Assembly: GCA_002269645.1 (NCBI GenBank)
Contig: NIVC01002855.1
Location: forward strand, 1-61,808
Source: Macrostomum lignano
Taxonomy: Eukaryota
Length of the DNA stretch: 61,808 nt
Direction of reading: 5' to 3'
Shown here in pieces: positions 1 through 13,182 of the stretch; the first letter of the stretch is position 1, and each line of letters starts with the position of its first letter. The notes below the pieces were generated by a model. That model was not told the origin of the DNA. It saw only the letters and a list, made by a program, of their open reading frames with translations, and did no database searches. The position numbers and the translations under genes are program-made.

Positions 1-190
1 AGTGCGACCCTCCCTTTTTTCTGATTCTGTCAGGGATAATGGATGGATTTAGGTGGATTATGGAGGAGTTTTGTGAGCGAGTGCGACCTCCCTTTTTTTC
101 TGATTCTGTCAGGGACAATATAGATGGATTTAATGGGATTATGGAGGAGGTGAAAAATTTTGTCCCAGAAGCCCCCTCATGCATTCTACT
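1..190. mobile_element. Polinton/Maverick right terminal repeat remnant (copy 0), ends ...CCCCCTCATGCATTCTACT
   Basis: Near-identical to 31960-32130 and 52090-52281, which close the two Polinton genomes. Reverse complement starts AGTAGA, the AG(T)-type Polinton terminus. Confidence 0.78.
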
Positions 191-605
191 GGCTTTTGAG
201 AGTTTTGCTTCCCTGCGCATTAAATCCAGTTTGGTTCTAACGCATTGTGTTTTTTCATGTCGGCTGTCTATTTTTGGGAGTTTTTGTTCTGTTTTTTGTG
301 TTTGTTTTCTGTTTTTGTGTTTTTTCTGTTTTTTTGTTTTTTGGCGTTTGTTGCGAAGAGGTTTTGCATACTCTGTTCGGTTAGTTTTCCCATTTTTAGC
401 GTTTATCCCCTTTGCTCATTTCATCGCACTGTACGCTACGTTTCAGGTTCGATCCGCGTTTGCTAATCCAGTTCGAATATTTATCGCATCCCCGTGATTC
501 GTTTACTAACCTAATTGTTTGATCCTATTTTCGGGCTCCGCTTTTTGGGCTCCGCTTATATTAGGCTACACGGGCTCCGCTTTATGAGCTTAAGTTGACA
601 GGCCC

Positions 606-2447
606 TTTTGGAAAACGAAATTGCACTACAGAAATAGGTACATGTCTTAAATATTAAAAACTTCACTTCCACTTTCGATAAAGTCCACTTCATATCAACA
701 GTCTATGAACTTCTGAAACAACAGTCTGAAACTTCGATTCACTCTCGTCAAAGTGAAGTCCAATTTAGACAGTCAACATGCACTTTAGACAGGCCAGTTT
801 GGATGCTGTTTATTGTGGAGATGAATAAAATTGAAGCAATCTCCGCGGGACTTTATCTGTAGTCCTGTAGACAAAGAAGAACGAAATAATTAACTAGAAA
901 CAAGAAATATTCAGGTCCAATTTTAAATTTCACACGTGAATCCAATCAGCAATTCTCTCAAATTCAAATTAACCATTGATGGGCTGAGATGCCAAGCACT
1001 GTGGCAGATATCTGCCGCAGTGACCGAACCACCGAGCAACCTTCTCTGCTGTGATGCAATCCAGTGGCGTCCACTTCTCTCATCAGAATGTCCCATCGGT
1101 ACGCAGCCATACTACGACCAGCGATCTGTTCCTGCGTTGGGCGAATGAACTCGTCTTGCATCCTTGACAAGCGTCGCTTCAGTGCCGCTTCCAGCATGAG
1201 ATCGCGTTCTCAACAGACGTTAGAAAAGGGCTGTAGGGGGGGGGCAGTCTCTTGATCTCGGCGACGCCAGCGATCTCATAAACTTCAGCGTCCTATGGCT
1301 GCTAACGTTGTGGATTACAACGTTTATGCGACTGTCAGAAAACACGCTACTGAAGTTGGCGATCGCAATCGTGAGAAACTTCCCGAACCGTTCCTTCGTC
1401 ATGCCACGGTCGTATGTTGCATAGTGAACAACTCCAGCAGCCGGACTCAGCAACACAGACCGTGATCCGCTGACCCTTCTGTCCAGCAACCTGGCGGTAC
1501 GCTCGCTGTCCACGTGTCGATCTTCCATACGAACGGTGCATCCATGCATTAAACCCGAACTCGTCAATAAAGATGCTTTCCTTGTCCGCAGTCTCGGGTG
1601 AGCACAGCCGTTCAACGAAGCCAACTCTGGCCATTAGCACTTCGGGTGAGTTTCGCTGAGCTGGAAGGTCGCGTACCAGCTTCGTGGTGAACAGTGCGCC
1701 GTCCAGTTTGATACTCAGCGTTTTCTCGGTGACAAAAGGTTTCTGAGCAGGAAACTCCTGTCTCAGCATTGTGTTCATTTCCACCAGTGTCAACATGGGG
1801 TTCTGCTCGACAATGTCGCACAGAAACTGCTGTAACTCGGCATCCCATTTGATTTTCGTAGCCCCGCCACAAGGACGCTTCTCCACTCTGCCTGTCTTGA
1901 TGATCGAGTACGCTGTTGTCCTTTTGATGCCCAGCTTAGATGCGAGTCCTCATCCTCATCCTTCTGATGGGCAGCTAATAGACGTGACCGGTCGCGTTCA
2001 CTCACTTGGTGTCGTCATGTCACTGGAGCCTCGCCGCTGACGTGACTGTTCACAGAATCATTGTCCTCCTCTCCAGGTTCCTCGTACAATGAGGGTTCGA
2101 TGTCTCCCATAGCTCAGAATCGCAGAGTTTGTGGTGCAGAAATAGACGGAAAATTGTGCACGGAGGGATTGAAAGGTTTTTAGATTAAGCGCATAGTCTC
2201 CTGATGAAAATCTTTGTGCACAAAATATTTGTATGGCTTTATGCTGACTATGACATAAAATCTTGTCCCTGTCTAAAGTGCATGTTGACTGTCTAAATTG
2301 GACGTCACTTTGACGAGAGTGAATCGAAGTTTCAGTAGGTCTGGAACCATAGACTGTTGATATGAAGTGGACTTTATTGAAAGTGGAAGTGAAGTTTTTA
2401 ATATTTTAGACGTGTCTATCTCTGTAGTGCAATTTCGTTTTTCAAAA
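606..2447 (-). mobile_element. IS630/Tc1-like DNA transposon with ~185-bp TIRs
   Basis: 606-792 is the inverted copy of 2269-2447 (TTTTGGAAAACGAAATTGCACTACAG... / ...CTGTAGTGCAATTTCGTTTTTCAAAA). It encloses a transposase pseudogene. Confidence 0.85.
964..2020 (-). pseudogene. DDE transposase (IS630/Tc1 type), frameshifted
   Basis: HTH-like LGIKRTTAYSII, IFIDEFGFN, VI(H)NVSSH and LPPYSPFLTSVE motifs are spread over several frames. Confidence 0.85.
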
Positions 2448-3178
2448 TTTCCGTTTGCTTTGGTACGAAGCTATCCGTACAGAAAAGGAGATTCTGATCG
2501 TACACTGCTTTAATGAACAACTGTAAGAATTTGGTACAAATTTGACCACAGGGAAACATTTTCTTGAGGTTAGAATTGATGTTCACTTTCAGTTGTCGAT
2601 AATGAAAGGGAGTTTGTCTGAAGTGGATGTTGTTTCAGAGATGCTAAGCTTGAAGTGTCGAAGATGAAGTTCCCATTGTCGAAAGAGAAACTGAGTTTGA
2701 ATAAAATGCAGATAAAATGATGTAGCGATAAGAGAGATGATGCCTTGCCCATATTTTCAGCTCTAGCAACCCAAATCGAACAGCAGCAGCTGGCATGCCC
2801 CGAGCGATTAGGTTATGTTACCGACAAAGCCCTTTGTCTGCTTTACCTATGTTTAACTAACCCGGTCTGCATGCATTGTTGCCTTCCGGTATGGCTCTTT
2901 TTTAAGTCACAGGTTTCTTTAAATTTGATGTACAGCATCCAAGTTTGTTCAAGTTCAGCTTTCCTTATATCGTTTACGTAATCATTTAAGCCGACTTCTT
3001 TCAGTTTTCTTTAAAAAATACAATGCGCTCCAACAACCTCCAGACCCAGAAAAAGTGAACATGTAGCTATAGACGATTTCTTTCTCTCAAAACGCACTCT
3101 GTTGATTATAAGATCTATGCATGGTTTGAACTAATTAGTCCCTCTAGCAGTTGACTTAATATTCCAGAGTGGTAGAAC

Positions 3179-3456
3179 CAAGGACAACTAAATCAACGTA
3201 TATACAGGACGCGACACTCAAAATCTATGGAAAATGTTTTGAAGGCAACTTTTCGCCGAAAAATACACTATAAGAAAGGCACAACATGTCAAAAGATGAA
3301 CATTGGGTCTGCCTCCTATCGAAAGGAATAACAATTTTTGTGCTTAAAAATTAAAACTAATTCCTATCTCCGTAGTGTATTTTTCGGGGAAAAGTTGCCT
3401 TCAAAACATTTTCCATAGATTTCGAGTGTTGCGTCCTTCTACTTATGTAGTCCTTG
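3179..3456. mobile_element. P-superfamily-like MITE
   Basis: TIRs begin CAAGG and extend ~90 bp imperfectly. Perfect 8-bp TSD GGTAGAAC at 3171-3178 and 3457-3464. Confidence 0.82.
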
Positions 3457-4150
3457 GGTAGAACGCTGGACTCAAGGTAGCCGATCCCAGGTTCCCAATC
3501 CAGACTAAGGTCCAGATCCGCACTCCAGAGTGAGATCCCAGATCTTAATTCAGCAGAACAGCAAATCAAGCTTGCCGAGAACTGCATCAATGTCTTACTT
3601 CTGGTGAGGGAGCTGCATGCTCATGAGAACTGTTACTTCGCCCTTTTTAAGGTAGTAATGCGTCAGTAAAATAAAAATTTACTTTCATTTATAACCGAGA
3701 TTCATTGGGGTTTAACTTCCATTCCTGTACAGTACAGTAAAACCATAAGCTTAATCGATTCACCTGCGTTTTGTTGGTTAATATACTATAATGAACGCAC
3801 TTTTTAAATCCATTTGACGCGTCTTAGTTAAAATTCAGCCAATTAGACCAATTCTTGTATACTTTTTCTTTCCATACAGTATTTTTTTTCAACTTGGGTC
3901 GTTTTGAACAAGTGAAGTAAGCCAATAAAAATGTTCAGGAGCCGAGCACCAATAGCGACTACGACGCTGTGACAGGTTTTGGTTTAATTTTTATATGATA
4001 AAATTCCATTTCCCCAGTGATATTTGTACTGACCAAAATAATCAAAATGTATATTATAGATCTAATCGGATTAGGTTTTCAGCAGCAGCCTTCAAAGAAC
4101 ACGATGACATTCCTAATATGCGTGCGCATGCGGTTTTTGGTTAAGCGGGC

Positions 4151-6967
4151 TTATCCACGGACCACGGCTGCGCCAACTGATGGTTCATCAATCAGTATTT
4201 GGTTAGCTCTTTGTCGCTTCAGATCAGACCGAATGAGGGCTGCAAAGAGATTTTTGGTCGCAGGTTTAAAGTCAGCAGAGTGCCAAGTGAAGGATGAGGC
4301 ACTGTGCTGCAGTGATACTTAATCAAAAATGCGTCTTTTATGAATAAAAGGAGTGTAAAGTCAAAAGCGATTCAGAGAACTGACTACAAAATCATGGCCG
4401 ACTGTAACAACGAAGAAATATCTCAACCGCAGTAAAACTGCGGCGCATACCTGTTAGGACGGTGCCCACCAGCAGGAGGCCACAGAAGATGAAGTTCGCA
4501 GCGAGAGTGCTCACAGCATCTATAACTGCACGGACGAAGATGGTGCAGGATATGCCGAGAATCTTAAGGGAGGGCCGTATTGTTGAGGGAAGTATTGTTT
4601 GAAAATATGCGGTTGTGTATAGCAATTGTGTATAGCTGTATAGCAAAACAGGCATTATAAAACAGCAGCTAATTTCAGTATTTCAATATGTACGCCATAA
4701 ATACAAGAGAATGTCTGCTCATATGAACTTTAGTCCGCTTTGCAAAAAGCCACCAATGACCTCCAGCTTTATGACGTCAGCTAGATGGTAGCCTGGGTGG
4801 GCACAGTTGTCTGCATTTTTGCCTAAGCTTAAGCAGATAGCTAGTCATATTGGGGCAAGTGACTCGCACGATTTGGGGGGGGGGCGACGAATAACTGTGC
4901 AGGCAAGGACGTGTGAGCAGCTTTTGGGTGGGTCAGCAGTTGGCAAAATACCGATCATGGACGAATGCACCCTCACTTTCATTTTATGCACCAACCTGAG
5001 CAGAAGCATTAAGAATGCCGGAAGACAGGCCTTCGTTCTCCGGGTAGGTGATCTCGGCCGCATATTCGAACCCAACTGGCAGGTAGCCAGTCATGAAGAA
5101 GCCTAGCACGGCCATCGAGACAAACACCAGCCAGAGTTGAGCCAGTGGCAGTGTGGCCGTGAACAGGGCAGTGCCGATCAAGGACAACGAATAGCACGAC
5201 AGAGTCGTCAGTCTGATGAGTATAGAAATGATTTAAAAAATTGATTTACTCGTAGATCCCCATTCGCTACTAGCAATACAACTTAATTAACCATTTGAAA
5301 GGTAAACGTGTCTTGTCTAGCGTTGTCGAGCATTCTCGTAATTACTGTTATTTTATCTCAATTAATCCTGCTTTAAGTCTTTTTTGGCTCTACAGTTGTT
5401 GAGGACTATTGAATTACAAAATTTGTATGAGTGAAAACAATGTGACGCTTTTAAAGGTTATAACAAAGCGTGCTAAAGAGTATTCAAACAAAAACCTTAC
5501 TTAAAGGCTCGCGTCCTGTCGAGAACAATTCCATAGATGACGGCCCCAAGGACGCCCGCAGCGATGAGCGTGAAGCCAGCCCACCCGACCTGCTGCTCTA
5601 TAGCGTCCACGGAAGTGGAATTTATTTCGATTTTCTGAAGAAACATCAAATAAAAATTATTCTCTCTGGGAAAAGTGGAGCGATCTATCTTGCAAAAATC
5701 ATCATCAGTTCAGCAGCTACCTTGAACTCTGGTACGACAATTGGATTGAGCAGCGTTGACAAAGCGTAGTATACCCCAGTATTGAGACCTTAAATAGTAG
5801 ATTTAGTAGTGTAAGACCAAAGAAGGGTAATTGTTTGCGTTTGCGTTGTTTGTACAAAGTTTGCGTTGTAAACATGGCTTAGAAAAAAGTACTCTGAAAT
5901 TAACAGAACAGTCTGCTCATCAAAAACTGACCGTAGGAGATTGTCAGCAAGACAAATGCCGGGCACGTCAGAAGCCGTCTCAAGGAGGCTGCGTACATTT
6001 TTCCAGTCGTCTTCGTCTCGCCTTCCTGGTTGTGGGAATTTCTGCGAACAGTCAACTGCCCAAGCGACGGTGGCAGCGGCGGTCTGTCGCAGAAGAAGAG
6101 CAGCACTAATAGAAACAGAGCTCCGGTGACGCAGGCGCCTCCGATGAACATCCATAACAGCTGCTGTTGCATACCGTCGCCTTTGCTGATGAACAGCGGC
6201 GGCAGCACAAAGCCAACGGCTACGCCGATCTGGGTGCCGAAAACTCCTAAGGCCGTAGCTGTTGAGAGCTCATTAATGCCAAACCAAGCAGCTGCTAGCG
6301 GTGCAGGTATGCCCAAGATGAAGCTCTGCGCCGTTGCACACACCTTCAGGAAGTAAATTACGAGTACAAGAGAAAGTTCTTAAATTTCAAACTCTAGACT
6401 TGTTGACGTCCTTTGGTCCTAAGGAATACTTTGCAGAATAATGCAGAATTCTTTTCCTATTGATTAATTTTTTTAACTAGTTTATCATATTTACTATTTT
6501 ATTCCCTTGGATTGTCAGGTTCTGGGCCCCCAGAAGTAAGTAGGGTCATATCAGTCAAAGAAACTAACCGTCTGCCCAGCAAACAGCAGCCAGAATCTGT
6601 TTGAGTCTGTGGCGAAGCACTTCATCAGAGCGCCGATAAAGTTAAGCGACGTAGCGCAGATGCTGGTGACACGCAGGCCGTATCTATCGAGCACCCATGC
6701 GGCGGGCAGTATGAGCAGCGCATAGGCCAGCATGTAAACCATGGATAGCCAGTCAATCGCTAGGTTGGCCTGTGATGGCTCACTTGGCAAGGAGGCATTG
6801 TAGTTGGCCAAGATGACGTCAAACACAATATTGAGGTGGATCCACTGGTAGGCGTTGGAGAGGGAGTAGGCGCAGAACAACAGCAACGTCAGCCACCTGC
6901 GCCGGTACACGCGAGTCAGTTCATCCCCTTTTGTGTGCACTTCCTCTGGTTCTACTCGCTTATTCAT
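4151..6967 (-). CDS. FLVCR: FLVCR/SLC49-family MFS transporter, 7 exons (6967-6569, 6343-5932, 5788-5721, ~5595-5501, 5212-4996, 4562-4451, 4239-4151)
   Basis: GT-AG joins keep the frame (exon 4 acceptor approximate). Family motifs [55 protein letters not shown] and [10 protein letters not shown]. Confidence 0.93.
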
Positions 6968-7250
6968 GACTGAAAGGCGGTCATAATGCCATGTTACCCT
7001 CGTACTTATAGAAACGTATATTCAGCTATTCTGTCAATCTGTCAATGAGATCCTAAATTCCAAATTCTAATCAAAAGTTTTTATCGAAAATTTTTTTTTC
7101 TATTTTACGCGGCTAATTGTTTTATTTTTCTTTCAATTTGTGAGCGTCTGCGGAACGGAAGATTGAGGTAGTCGACCCTGAATACCCTGCTATGACCATG
7201 CAGATCAGAAGAGGTCAGAGTTGAATATAATTGGCTGACTTTCATTTCGC

Positions 7251-9155
7251 CAGTGCTGGGCGTTAACTAGTTAATTGTTTAACTAGTTAATTAACTAGTT
7301 AAATTTTTTTAAAAATCGTTAAATTTTCGTTAAATTTTTTATGTATTAACTAGTTAACAAAAATCGTTAATTTTTTTCTGTAAGTTAAAGTTAAATGACA
7401 AAAGTTAATAATTCCGGGAAATAGAGTTCCCCGGGTTCAAAATCCGCGGGTTTCAACAGCTTGTATGCCATTAAAAAGTAAAATTAATACATACATAAAA
7501 TAACTTCGCCTTTCTAAGCATTATTTAACGCGTCACAAACTATTACATGTATATAATTTCAGTTACAAGTTATAATGTATTGAATATTCCGGAAGATTCT
7601 GGAATCTTCAACTATTATCTATTGATATTCTACCCAAGGACTACTAGAAGTTATCGTTGTACATAGGGATGTCGATTCCCCGGGGAATTTTCTTATCGGG
7701 GACCCGAGTAATTTACTGTCATTCCCCGGGGACCCCGGGGACTCCGGGGAAAAAATAAGTAAAAAACGGCGGACAACTTAGATCTTAAGTCACTAAGTGG
7801 CATTTCTTAAACTTTGATTAAAGCTTTGGATGGACTACATGTTCAAGGCGCAAGGGTAAAAACTTAAGGCAATGTTTGTTTAAAACTGTATTTGACAACG
7901 TGGCATCACCAAATCGTGCGCGCACCTTTATCAGAAAGGGTCCAGACTCCGGAGGCGGAAAATGCATACTCAGCAGCTGCACTCGTGGGAGGATAATTAA
8001 TGAATGAGACTGTTTTTATAATCGGAATTTTAATTTCTTGCAGATACATGTAAATCACAATTTTGTCCTGTCTAATAGGGAGTATTTTGTTATTGTATGA
8101 CACCCCCCTATGCGTCAGTGACTGACGCAGGATATAGCGCTGTGCCTGCGTCAAATGCGTCAAGCCGTCAACGCAGACCAACACAATAGTCAGTAAGGCT
8201 TCTTTTTCCTGACGGCTTTCTACGCTCGTACGTTCAATTTGCTTGATTGAAAGACTCATAGTGAAAAAAACATTCAAACGGGTCGCTTTCACAAGACCGA
8301 AATTTCACAACACCGAAAAGCACCACCCTTCACAAGACCGAAACCCCACAAGACCGAAATTTCACAACGCCGAAAATTCTGCATGCAATACAATCCTTAT
8401 TGTAAGGTTTTCTACGATGTGAAATTTCGATCTTATGAAGTTTCGGTCTTGTGAAGTATGGTGTTTCGGCGTTGTGAAATTTCGGTCTTATGAACCCCCC
8501 CCCCATTCAAACGTGTGTTGTGTTTGAAATAATACATTGAAATAAGCAGTTTTGCGGTAAAAAAAGCATAGACAGAGTTTCAATCAGCTTTCTGTGAATG
8601 ATTTTCTTATTTAAATGGCAAAAATTTAGTTAAAAATGATTTTTTTCTCCCCGGGGTCCCCGGTCTAATTCCCCGGGGAGTATTCCCCGACAAGCTCCCC
8701 GGGGCCCCGGGGAGCCCTCCCGGGTCGACATCCCTAGTTGTATACATGTAGTTGTAATTCTGCCTTCCCTGCTGCGCTGCTCCGCGTCGCGCTGCATAGA
8801 TATTTCCTTGTCGCGTTGCACCATTCTGCGCCATGTCGCGCCGCCGCGCGACTTCCCGCGCCGCCGAACGACCTCCTGCGCTGCGTCGCGCCACCGCGGC
8901 GCGCCGCGCCGCACCGCGACCTGGCCACAGCCGCGCCGCGCCGACCTGAAATTTAAAAAACGCGCCGGACGCATGTCCGGGAAAATGTCACTTTTTCCGT
9001 TAGAGAATTATTAACTTTAACTTTTAACTTTTCAGAAGTTAAATTTTGGGCAAAAGTTAAATAATTAACTAGTTACAGTTAATTTTTTTGGAGCAATTAA
9101 ATTAACTTTTTAACTTTTAACGAGTTAAAAAAATTGATTAACTTGCCCAGCACTG
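7251..9155. mobile_element. Non-autonomous hAT element
   Basis: TIR CAGTGCTGGG/CCCAGCACTG. Perfect 8-bp TSD CATTTCGC (7243-7250, 9156-9163). Subterminal TTAACTAG and CCGGGG repeats. Confidence 0.9.
8280..8503. mobile_element. Mutator-like MITE nested in the hAT element
   Basis: GGG...CCC termini and inverted CACAAGACCGAAATTTCAC repeats. 9-bp TSD CATTCAAAC (8271-8279, 8504-8512). Confidence 0.85.
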
Positions 9156-11420
9156 CATTTCGCCTCTTCTGAAGCGCATGAAATTATAGCCAGCTTCAGG
9201 AGGATCCAGCTGGCACCTTTACCGCGGCTAAAAACACCTGATGGCCAAATTCTCTCGACCTTGATAGTACTACTTAAAGGACAAGAAAAATAAAATGGCG
9301 CCAGTTTTTTAGACGGGGGCTTTAAGTTTTAACAGGTCTTAGCCTAAAACTAATTTTGAGTAACGAGGTTGCTGGAGTTTGGGTCAATCTATCTCACTTT
9401 TAAGCATCCAATAATCGGCCCTGCTTATTGCTGTCCGCTTACGTACATTGTGGCGGCGTCATCTTAGTGAGCATAAATAGCGTAGACTTTTGAAGATGAC
9501 GCATGAATGCGGTCACAAACTCGACTAAAGATGAATATAATAAATACCAAGCTATTTATAATCTGACCACTCTGGAGGTCCTAAGAGGCATTGAATTTTT
9601 GTCATACATGTAAGTTTGTACGTAATTAATCCCTCAATATTGATGCATGCTCACTAGACAGCAGTGTGGTGACTGGTGCTACCCTACCTAATGCAAAAAT
9701 ACCGCTAGACTTAATAGGACACCAAAATTCTAGTCTATTAGTCCATCACTGGACGTTAGACTAAACTATAGTCGATAGAAAACTCCGTATCAAGTACTAC
9801 TAATTAATTAAAGATCTCGGTTCCACCTGCACGACAATCCGACCCGGTAACCCAGATTTTAATAGCCCACCGATATGTACGAGTACATAGCTCGCTTCTT
9901 ATCGTGCATTTAATGAATGTATTCGAATTGCATACCATCTTAAACTGTATCCTGTAACCCCCATTCAATATGTGATAATATACCTTGACAATGTTAGCCA
10001 TCACTAGAAACCTTGGTCTTCGTCCTTGCCTTAAAGCACAGAAAAATTTTAAAACATTTTAAGCCAGAGATTTATGTTTTACGACGTAGTGCTCTTAGTG
10101 CTCTTTGTAAACGCCTGCACATGCACAAACAGTAGTACCCTTTGAATTTGAAATAATCAATTATCAGCAAACCATTGCTAAAGAATTTATTGGAACTTTA
10201 AATTCCAATTTTCGAAGGCAAAAATATGGTAGACCAGTCGAAAAGAAAAAGATACCTGCAAAAATGCACCCAACAACCAGGGCTAATTAATCCGACAAGC
10301 CTATGCTGCTTTGCATGGCTTGGATTGGTTAAATTAGGTGGTGCTCTGGGATTAGTACTCTTCGGTGGCTGCTCTCCTTAGCATAGTTTGCTGAGATATT
10401 GATGAACGAAAATCAATAAATATAATTACCGGTATAAGTAGCTATATTTGTTCTGTCTACAGCTAACAAAAGACAAAGTTCTTCGAAGTTCCAGCTTGAT
10501 AAATAAAGCGCTTGTTTCAAACCAGCAAAAACTGAGCAATTTCTGCGCAAACGATCATACTCGTAGATGTACGCGGCCTCCAAAATGGATGGCGACATGC
10601 CCTATTCGTTTTGTGAACCATTCAAGTAAATTTATTGATTTTTGGTTCATCAACACCTATCCTCCTTGATATACAACCCTTGTTTGTATAGGCCAAAGAA
10701 GTGAGCACCATCTATAGTTCTCGTTAAAATAACATTTACCAAAGGTGTGTAGCTAGTCAAACGAAAGATGCAATCTTCTGCTTTCCAATGACTCCAAACT
10801 TGTTGAATTACACACATGCATTAAAATCTATAGGCAAAAGTATCACTACTTATGGGGATGGGAACCCTTGGTGGCTACGAATAAAATTTCCGTTTCGAGA
10901 ACTTTCAACAACAGAACCTATATATGCTTCTTATAATACAGTAACGGCTACAATAATTCTTATAATATATAATATCTTATAATTCAATATAAGTTAAACA
11001 ATTATTATACTTCAAAACCTATACATAACTCATTGTGTTTAGTGGCGAAAAACAAACTGAAAAATAAGACTGTGTGAACACTACAGCTACACGCTCGAAA
11101 GATCACCTTTACGCATCAGCATTTCCTACCGTAACTCCGGCATTTTGATAGCTCGCAGCTACTCTACACTTTTCAGTTTAGTACTGTGCATAGACAATTG
11201 ATTCTTCTAATAATTATTACCAGGATCTATGAAATTTTATGTACTAAGGCTAATAATTACATTTAATTCTAAATTTGTCTCATGTAAATCATGCAGTGTA
11301 CACGTATAAACATGTACAGATACGCTCGTACATTGATGGTTCTCTTAATCAATTCTCTTAAGCCAATCGCTATAAATTTGCGACAAAAAACTACAGTGTA
11401 TGCTGTATGCTTATAAATAC

Positions 11421-12140
11421 CAAGGACAACTCAAGTAGGACGAGAAACAACGTTTTTGTCAAATTTTTGGAGGCAGGTTTACCAAAAAATACAGTACGAA
11501 GATTTTAATTCTTTCAGCATAAAAATTGTTATTGCTTTTGATAGAAAGCAGACACAATGTTCATCTTTTGATATGACTTGCCTTTCTTATAGGTCTATTG
11601 ATATTCAAAAAGCTTTTCGTTTATGAAATAAGGATTATAAGGTAATGTAATTTTAGATCCCACGTACATGTCCTATGCCTATAAAGCATAAAAATGGCAC
11701 AACTCGATTAATATGGCTTTATGAATCTATTTTATTTTGTTACACAGTCGGCTAAGAATTATGAAATAGATTCATAAAGCCAGAGTCAAACTGTTCCCTT
11801 TTATGATTTTTAGGCAACAGTACATTACATGTATGAATATAAGGCTGCGGTTTGCGCTAGGCTTGCCTTGAGCAAACCGGCTTTAGTGCCCAAGCGATCT
11901 GCGTCTGTGCACCCACCGCCGCGTGTGTACGTTCTGTGTTGTTTAGGTGGGCGCCCACCCCTCCGCCGGCGGTGGGGGTATTTATTCCAGCGGCGCTGCT
12001 GAGGTGCCAACATCGCGTATTCGTGTTTTGCTTTGGGGCACTAAAGTTATAAGAAAGGCAAGACATCAAAAAATGAACATCGAGTCTACCTCCTATCAAA
12101 AGCAATAACAAATTTCTGCTGAAAATGATAATCTTCTATC
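11421..12140. repeat. Fragments of the MITE family at 3179-3456 (11421-11590 and an inverted piece at ~12047-12140)
   Basis: Share the CCAAGGACAACT start and the internal TATAAGAAAGGCA...GATGAACATT...CCTATC segment. Confidence 0.55.
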
Positions 12141-13182
12141 CCCGTAATGCCTTCAGTAAAATCTACCTGGTACCTCCTAAAATTTTCCTAAACGTAGTTT
12201 TCCGTCTTTAAGTAGTTCTTGATAATAATCGTAGTAAAAATTCTTTTTTAAACATTTGGTATCAAGATTAAACCGCAGCTCAATCAATGAAAGGTTCATT
12301 GATGATGAAGAAGAGCTGCAAGCCCGTAGACTCCATATAGTATGTAATTTGGAACAATTTGGAACGCGGCAATGCATAACGACTGCGATAATTATTATCT
12401 AATATAATTTCAGCTTATCTATGAAATTAACAGCCAAATTAATCACGGACTTGACTATCTACATTACAATTCTGGGAACGGCGATAATTGAATCAACATC
12501 GAATTATTCAGTAGGGCTTGGACACGCTTGGATGCGAAGACGGTCTTTTGCTGCGTTGCAGACTTTTGCACTTTGCAGAACGCTGGTCAATCCGATTCTG
12601 ATTGTTAGCACAACGAAGATCTTAGCATTAATCGCTGCAGCAATTAAATATAGAAATCAGACAATTCGTGCTTTAAATCAATGCTTAAAATGTGATTAAT
12701 TCAGTTAATCTTAAAAAACAGAATCACCAGTTGGCTGACAGACAGCGTAAGGTAGTATTAGAAAATTTATTTTTACAATGAAAGGAGATTCTTTCTTTGA
12801 GGCGCAAAGTCAATGCAGCAGAAGAAACGATGAATTAGACAAACAAACAGCTTCGCGTTCCTTTATTTTACTACGGTCTGCGACGTAATTCAAGCATTAA
12901 ACTTTTGGCAAATAAAGCATTTCTGAAACGGAAGGGCTTCAAAGATAACCTGGAAATTTCCATTTTTGCCAGAGCCAAGGACAAAGCTAATGCAAACGAA
13001 GTTATAAATATGTACAATAATAGCAGCAAAATATGCTTGAGCACAGAAAACGAAATTATCTTCGGTATAAATATGCACAAGGTCACAAGTATAACAAGTG
13101 CTATCATCGCAAGGGATGCAGATTCTGTGGGCTTAGAATTTTATGCATAGTTTTTGACTACTTAGACGATCATTAGAGGCCG

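Noticed and set aside
12177-13150. Possible small gene 3' of the kinase
   Set aside because: Short ORFs on both strands with no motif and no convincing exon chain.
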